DNA of 10,682 nucleotides from a virus: IMG/VR virus record IMGVR_UViG_3300022654_000395, positions 1 to 10,682 of that record; one strand, 5' to 3'. Shown piece by piece: positions 7,261 to 10,682 of this stretch (position 1 is its first letter; each line of letters starts with the position of its first letter). The notes under the pieces were generated by a model. It saw only the letters and a program-made list of their open reading frames with translations, ran no database searches and was not told where the DNA came from. The position numbers and the translations under genes were made by a program.

Positions 7261-7727
7261 CAGGCATCACCACGCCTCTCTCTGCGCTGCTCAAGCAGCT
7301 CTGACAGCTTCGACTGCTCTTCATCCATGCCGCCGACCTGAACCTTTTCCGTCCACATGCCGTATCGCTTACCAAGCAGCTCCGCTGCCTTAAGCCGGTC
7401 CTTCTCATCCGGAAGCTTAGTCACGCGCCTGGCTTCTGAGCATCCGTCTCCTATCCCCTCAATCACCACGATCTCCGACTGCGATTCTCCCCTCAGCACG
7501 CTTGTAAGGTACTCGACAATCTCCTGCTGATCCGCGGTTCGATCGTTGTGGAGCTGCTCCATCTGCTTAGACAGGTATTTCTGAACCTTAGCGTTTCTAA
7601 GCAGTCTCCCCGCATTCACTGCGGCCACTGTATCTTTTTTCACGCTCGGATAGGCTGCCTTGTAGGCACGAGTGCCATTGCAGTCTATCAGGTATTCGTC
7701 ACTGAACCTTTTCTGTTTTTCTGTCAT
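7260..7727 (-). CDS. terS: Terminase small subunit (XtmA/P27-like Terminase_2 family). The start was reassigned to the ATG at 7727
   Basis: MTEKQKRFSDEYLIDCNGTRAYKAAYPSVKKDTVAAVNAGRLLRNAKVQKYL matches the conserved HTH N-terminus of this family. A strong RBS, AAAGGAGGGctgca-ATG, precedes it. The 24 codons upstream in the track ORF (7728..7799) lack an RBS and contain inverted repeats. Confidence 0.85.
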   Translation of the reverse strand: MTEKQKRFSDEYLIDCNGTRAYKAAYPSVKKDTVAAVNAGRLLRNAKVQKYLSKQMEQLHNDRTADQQEIVEYLTSVLRGESQSEIVVIEGIGDGCSEARRVTKLPDEKDRLKAAELLGKRYGMWTEKVQVGGMDEEQSKLSELLEQRRERRGDA

Positions 7728-7739
7728 TGCAGCCCTCCT

Positions 7740-7814
7740 TTCGTCATTATGCAAACCGGGCATAACCCGGAAATAATCATGGTGCCGGACATCCGGCACC
7801 GAGTCATAAGGGGT
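7740..7814 (-). promoter_or_regulatory. GC-rich inverted repeats plus a -10-like CATAAT immediately upstream of terS. This is a candidate late-operon promoter, regulator-binding or packaging-signal region
   Basis: Plus strand 7781..7800 GGTGCCGG-acat-CCGGCACC is a perfect 8-bp palindrome. Plus strand 7756..7770 CCGGG-cataa-CCCGG is a second repeat. On the minus strand TTTGCATAATG lies ~20 nt before the terS RBS, and there is no clear -35. The function is inferred only from position (between the ArpU terminator and terS). Confidence 0.3.
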
Positions 7815-7862
7815 TTGAAGAAAAAGTATGAAAAGAGCAGGAAGGCTTATCCTCCCTGCTCT
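7815..7862 (-). terminator. Rho-independent terminator after the ArpU-family gene
   Basis: Minus-strand RNA AGAGCAGGGAGG-auaag-CCUUCCUGCUCU is a 12-bp stem with one mismatch, followed by UUUUCAUACUUUUUCUUC. Confidence 0.55.
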
Positions 7863-7900
7863 CTGGCAGCTTATACTATATCACAGACCCATACTGCATT

Positions 7901-8335
7901 TTAATGCACTCTTTTCGGAATTTCGAATTTTTGAAGTGCGCGGCCGTGTAATTCAAGCGTCCAGCGCTCTTCGTATCCCATTGCGTCCGCGATGTTCTCC
8001 CACTTGTAGCCCAGGATATACCGGTACCGCAAAAGGGTCTTCTCCGCTTCACCACATGGCATACTCTCAATAGCCTTAACAATCCGTGTCCTCGAAGCAG
8101 TGCTCTTCCTGAGCGTCTGAATCAGCTTTCTGCGGAGCCGGTCATACTGTGACGCGAAAACGGAAAGATCCCTTTCTCCTCCGGATCCATGCGGCATATC
8201 ATCAACCACTTTTGAGGGAAGGATATAGCTGCTTTCAAGTTCCTCGATCTCAAGCAGGATTTCCTTCTCCTTTTGCTTGTAGTCAAGATACCTGCGAAGA
8301 TATGCTTTTTTCTTTTCGTTCTCGTTCGCGCACAT
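7901..8335 (-). CDS. ArpU-family phage late transcriptional regulator with a sigma-70 region-4-like HTH (144 aa from the ATG at 8335)
   Basis: The C-terminal EKTLLRYRYILGYKWENIADAMGYEERWTLELHGRALQKF fits the sigma-70 r4 HTH pattern. Size (~140 aa), the coiled-coil N-half and the position immediately upstream of terS are typical of ArpU/TIGR01637 regulators. The track start is a TTG with poor RBS spacing, whereas the ATG at 8335 has AGGAG at -8. Confidence 0.7.
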   Translation of the reverse strand: MCANENEKKKAYLRRYLDYKQKEKEILLEIEELESSYILPSKVVDDMPHGSGGERDLSVFASQYDRLRRKLIQTLRKSTASRTRIVKAIESMPCGEAEKTLLRYRYILGYKWENIADAMGYEERWTLELHGRALQKFEIPKRVH

Positions 8336-8356
8336 TAACAATTCTCCTCGTCAAGA

Positions 8357-8662
8357 TCACAAATTCAGTCCGTCGTGTTCCGGGAATTCCATCTCACAAA
8401 GAAACGCGATATTGCATGCCAGATGCCACAAATGCGGCAGTCCGCTTTCTTCGTCCACTCCCTGCGGGTCATCGAGGTATGCCATAAAATGCCTGAAGGC
8501 TGCATCCCTGTATCTTTCGACTTCAACGGTTTTCCAGTTATCCGGATCATGATATTTTGCATTACCGTACTCCCGGATTCTGGCGACCGCCCAGATAATT
8601 GCTCTTGGAACCAATGACAACCGGGGCTTACCGGCATCTGCTTTAGCTCTCTGGTCACTCAC
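8357..8662 (-). CDS. Phage protein resembling the N-terminal domain of dATP/dGTP diphosphohydrolase (DUF5664-like), 101 aa, GTG start
   Basis: The track ORF has a GTG start preceded by GAAGGAGGTGctaaaggc, and a GTGA overlap with the upstream 59-aa ORF. The motif GKPRLSLVPRAIIWAVARIREYGNAKY...NW matches my memory of this phage family. No MazG-like catalytic domain follows. Confidence 0.55.
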   Translation of the reverse strand: MSDQRAKADAGKPRLSLVPRAIIWAVARIREYGNAKYHDPDNWKTVEVERYRDAAFRHFMAYLDDPQGVDEESGLPHLWHLACNIAFLCEMEFPEHDGLNL

Positions 8663-8838
8663 GCCTTTAGCACCTCCTTCATCGCATTCGCCATGTCCAT
8701 CACTCCACGGATATAGCCAAGTGTGATAATCCGCTGATGATCCGCATCATCATTTTGCTCATACATTTCCCAAGGGATTGTGTTTTCGTCGATTATTCTA
8801 AAAGCATTGTAATCTATCGTATCATTTGTGATTCTCAT
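8659..8838 (-). CDS. Small hypothetical protein of 59 aa, missing from the ORF track
   Basis: Found by manual translation as MRITNDTIDYNAFRIIDENTIPWEMYEQNDDADHQRIITLGYIRGVMDMANAMKEVLKA. The ATG at 8838 is preceded by AGGTGATtacgg. There is a 17-nt overlap with the HTH gene end and a GTGA overlap with the downstream gene. It falls just under the 60-aa cutoff. Confidence 0.45.
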   Translation of the reverse strand: MRITNDTIDYNAFRIIDENTIPWEMYEQNDDADHQRIITLGYIRGVMDMANAMKEVLKA

Positions 8839-9028
8839 CCGTAATCACCTCAATTCTCAGGTTCAAAGCATGTAAGATACTCAGAAATACTCCAAGTGTC
8901 ATGCTCTTTCCTGATTCGGCTCTAATGACTGTAGTACGGTGCACATCCGCTATCGCAGCCACATCCTCCTGTGAATAACCTAAATCCTCCCGCCGCATCT
9001 TAAGCAGCGTCCCGTAGTCAATTGTCAT
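8822..9028 (-). CDS. XRE-family helix-turn-helix protein (68 aa from the ATG at 9028)
   Basis: LGYSQEDVAAIADVHRTTVIRAESGK is a classic HTH_3 motif. The ATG at 9028 is preceded by GGAGGGact. The longer track ORF start has no SD. Confidence 0.7.
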   Translation of the reverse strand: MTIDYGTLLKMRREDLGYSQEDVAAIADVHRTTVIRAESGKSMTLGVFLSILHALNLRIEVITDENHK

Positions 9029-9296
9029 AGTCCCTCCATCCATTCGCAAGGTAGGGCTTTCCATCCTTGTCGATCAGAACCACAAAAGTACCGTTATGTG
9101 TGTTCATGAGATATTGCACTCCAGTATCTCGATCGGTTACCAGTGCGACGCCAATACTGTTTCCACCAGCCTCGACACGAAAGCGGGTCGGATCATCGAA
9201 GGCGTCAGCCCGCTTCAGTATGCTGTTACCGCATCCGGTCATTGCTGCACCCATAATCATCATCGCAATCAAAATAATCAATTTCCTAGTCATCAT
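9018..9296 (-). CDS. Small putative lipoprotein (92 aa)
   Basis: The N-terminus MMTRKLIILIAMMIMGAAMTGC has a basic n-region, a hydrophobic core and a lipobox-like MTG-C. The mature part is hydrophilic (…YLMNTHNGTFVVLIDKDGKPYLANGW). The ATGATGA start overlaps the stop of the upstream gene. Confidence 0.65.
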   Translation of the reverse strand: MMTRKLIILIAMMIMGAAMTGCGNSILKRADAFDDPTRFRVEAGGNSIGVALVTDRDTGVQYLMNTHNGTFVVLIDKDGKPYLANGWRDYDN

Positions 9297-9664
9297 CTGA
9301 ACCCCACATGTACTCCGATTTCGTCTTCGACGATCTGAACCTGCTCATCCCATGTCAGATAATCTTCTGCAAGGCAGGCCGTTTTCAGGTTGAACCGTTC
9401 TATGAATTGTCGGCACCGTTTTTCTCCGAAGCCGAACTCATCATGTAGAACTGCCACAGCGAATACCAGGATCACCTGCATGCTCCGGTTAATAATCGTG
9501 TCGGCATAATCTTTCAGTTCCTTCTGCGTCTGCAGCACCTTCACTCCAAAAGACTGACGGAAGCGCAGTTCCTTGCCAAACTCTTCCAGGCCGTTCTTCC
9601 GGATCTGCTCGTAAGCGTAATACATCCCCTGGATCCGGCCCTCATACAGCTTATCTTTTGCCAT
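9293..9664 (-). CDS. Hypothetical phage protein (123 aa)
   Basis: Track ORF with RBS CTGGAGGaaatgatag-ATG. It overlaps both neighbours, consistent with an operon. Confidence 0.65.
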   Translation of the reverse strand: MAKDKLYEGRIQGMYYAYEQIRKNGLEEFGKELRFRQSFGVKVLQTQKELKDYADTIINRSMQVILVFAVAVLHDEFGFGEKRCRQFIERFNLKTACLAEDYLTWDEQVQIVEDEIGVHVGFR

Positions 9665-9869
9665 CTATCATTTCCTCCAGTGCATCGATCACATCCAGGA
9701 TAAGCACGTGCATCGATCTGTTCGCCCCATATCGATCCTCAAGCGAGTTAGCCTTTTGGACGACCTCCTGCCAGAATGCATCGTCATGGCTGGATGATGA
9801 AAATGCGAACGCTTTAAAGAACCTCCACAGATCGACTGTAAACTGATAAGCCTCATCCTGTGTGCTCAT
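9651..9869 (-). CDS. Hypothetical phage protein (72 aa from the ATG at 9869)
   Basis: The track ORF uses a TTG 18 codons upstream. The ATG at 9869 forms an ATGA overlap with the stop of the DUF3846-like gene, which is the favoured start. Sequence is MSTQDEAYQFTVDLWRFFKAF... Confidence 0.55.
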   Translation of the reverse strand: MSTQDEAYQFTVDLWRFFKAFAFSSSSHDDAFWQEVVQKANSLEDRYGANRSMHVLILDVIDALEEMIDGKR

Positions 9870-10192
9870 AGGTTTCCCCAATCCGAAAGTAGCTTTTTCC
9901 AGGATTTGAACGCCAGCGGACAATCGCAGAACTCAGGGCCGTCAACACCCACCACTGCAACTGTCCCGACGATCGTATCGCAGTGAGGCCATTTGCCCAG
10001 CTGGAAGTTCTTCGGGAGGCCGAAAATCTTACCGTCCTCATTGATGATCAAAGCCACCTCCGAAGAGATCCGGACGACCTCGATCCGGCCGTCTACGGTC
10101 TTCTGCAGATTTTTCAGCGAATTGGAGATATTCGTCACATGCCCGTAACGTTCATCCGGTCTTTTCACAATAGCTCTGATTTTTTCGCTCAT
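9866..10192 (-). CDS. DUF3846-like protein (108 aa from the ATG at 10192)
   Basis: IEVVRISSEVALIINEDGKIFGLPKNFQLGKW....DTIVGTVAVVGVDGPEF matches the recalled DUF3846 pattern (…GGyiEvv.l.dd..lyvnEeGkl.gLplNr…G.v.vvg). The ATG at 10192 makes an ATGA overlap with the RusA stop. The first 20 codons of the track ORF overlap RusA. Confidence 0.55.
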   Translation of the reverse strand: MSEKIRAIVKRPDERYGHVTNISNSLKNLQKTVDGRIEVVRISSEVALIINEDGKIFGLPKNFQLGKWPHCDTIVGTVAVVGVDGPEFCDCPLAFKSWKKLLSDWGNL

Positions 10193-10614
10193 CACTGTTC
10201 CTCCTGTTCGATTGCAGACACCTTGATAAAAATTCCCGGCTGATTGGACCATATCTTCTCGATGATCTCTCTTGCCACCTGCGCATCATCCTTCCAGAAG
10301 CCAACCCTTGTCATACAGTCTTTCAGGAGCTTGTCCAGGTTATCGGTATCCGGTTTCGTGATCCTGTACTGTCCCGGCCGGTTAGGTTCCTTCACAGGAA
10401 ACAGCCAGACCGCGTGCAGCTCCAGCGGGATCTTATCGGGCACCATTTCTTTCGGCTTGTGCTGAGCAAGGTTGGCAGTCAGCTTCGATCTGGCTTCTTT
10501 CAGCTCCGGAGAATCATAAGTGACCATCTTGCCGGATTTCGATTTTCCGATCCGATGTTCCTGTGCTGTTACAGTCGGCGGAATCATCGGCATAAAAAAT
10601 TGAATTGCCTTCAT
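10192..10614 (-). CDS. rusA: RusA-family Holliday-junction resolvase (140 aa from the ATG at 10614)
   Basis: ITKPDTDNLDKLLKDCMTRVGFWKDDAQVAREIIEKIW carries the RusA catalytic PD.DN..K...D motif followed by ...DD.QV. Size is typical. The ATG at 10614 is preceded by GAGAGGAAAAAAGAGG. The track ORF runs to the window edge. Confidence 0.7.
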   Translation of the reverse strand: MKAIQFFMPMIPPTVTAQEHRIGKSKSGKMVTYDSPELKEARSKLTANLAQHKPKEMVPDKIPLELHAVWLFPVKEPNRPGQYRITKPDTDNLDKLLKDCMTRVGFWKDDAQVAREIIEKIWSNQPGIFIKVSAIEQEEQ

Positions 10615-10682
10615 CCTCTTTTTTCCTCTCGCGCGGATTGTCCGCGTCTGTGTCGGGGTAAGGTGGGTGTGCCTATGCACCC

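Noticed and set aside
5929-7341. ORFs 5929..6279(+), 5960..6154(-), 6335..6757(+), 6376..6621(+), 6956..7162(+) and 6976..7341(+)
   Set aside because: They fall inside the terminase large-subunit gene in other frames. No support was found.
7728-7799. N-terminal 24 codons of the track's terS ORF (MPDVRHHDYFRVMPGLHNDERRAA)
   Set aside because: There is no RBS, and the segment coincides with GC palindromes in the intergenic region. The conserved TerS N-terminus starts at the ATG at 7727, which has an AGGAGG SD.
8365-8658. Alternate-frame minus ORF (97 aa) and plus ORFs 8149..8487 and 8375..8617
   Set aside because: They overlap the DUF5664-like CDS, which has a motif match and an SD-preceded GTG start. 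The alternate frames are Arg/Ser/Trp-rich.
9870-9923. TTG- and GTG-initiated N-terminal extensions of several track ORFs. These are 9651..9923, 9866..10252, 10192..10680, 1024..1218, 8822..9064 and 7901..8341
   Set aside because: The extensions overlap the preceding gene extensively and lack an SD. Internal ATGs with SD sequences and/or ATGA coupling give more parsimonious starts.
9067-10465. Plus-strand ORFs 9067..9300, 9096..9338, 9658..9846, 9983..10243 and 10244..10465, and minus-strand 9853..10041
   Set aside because: They are antisense to, or out of frame with, the coupled minus-strand operon. No SD was found and composition is biased.
1-10682. Search for CRISPR arrays, integrase or attachment sites, rRNA and canonical tRNAs
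   Set aside because: There are no regularly spaced direct repeats, no tyrosine or serine recombinase-like ORF, and no rRNA-like conserved blocks. The only tRNA-like sequence is the degenerate element at 606..683.

Overview
This window is a 10.7-kb stretch of a tailed-phage or prophage genome, probably from a Bacillota (Clostridia-like) host, with coding GC of roughly 50%. Every gene is on the minus strand, and most neighbours are coupled by ATGA, TGATG or GTGA start/stop overlaps. In transcription order (high to low coordinate) the region begins with a RusA-like resolvase and a tightly coupled operon of small genes. That operon holds a DUF3846-like protein, two hypotheticals, a small lipoprotein, an XRE-type HTH protein, a 59-aa ORF missing from the ORF track, and a DUF5664-like (dATP/dGTP-diphosphohydrolase N-domain) protein. 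An ArpU-family late regulator follows, then a terminator and a GC-rich inverted-repeat region, and then the packaging and head genes: TerS, TerL (PBSX-type), an SPP1-type portal, and a 792-aa MuF 'polyvalent' head protein. The MuF protein is the most notable item. It carries an internal HELGHH zincin-like metallopeptidase motif and a C-terminal C3-like ADP-ribosyltransferase domain with Y-x-x-IN-x-x-LR, STS and QxE motifs. A 53-aa acidic ORF is translationally coupled directly to its end. Between the MuF gene and the partial scaffolding-protein gene at the window start lies a ~1-kb moron-like cassette. This cassette contains three rho-independent terminators, a YjcQ-family gene, two small ORFs, and a tRNA-like element with canonical acceptor and T arms but a 15-nt anticodon loop. 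No CRISPR arrays, integrase or rRNA were seen. All identifications are by eye from motifs, with no database searches.
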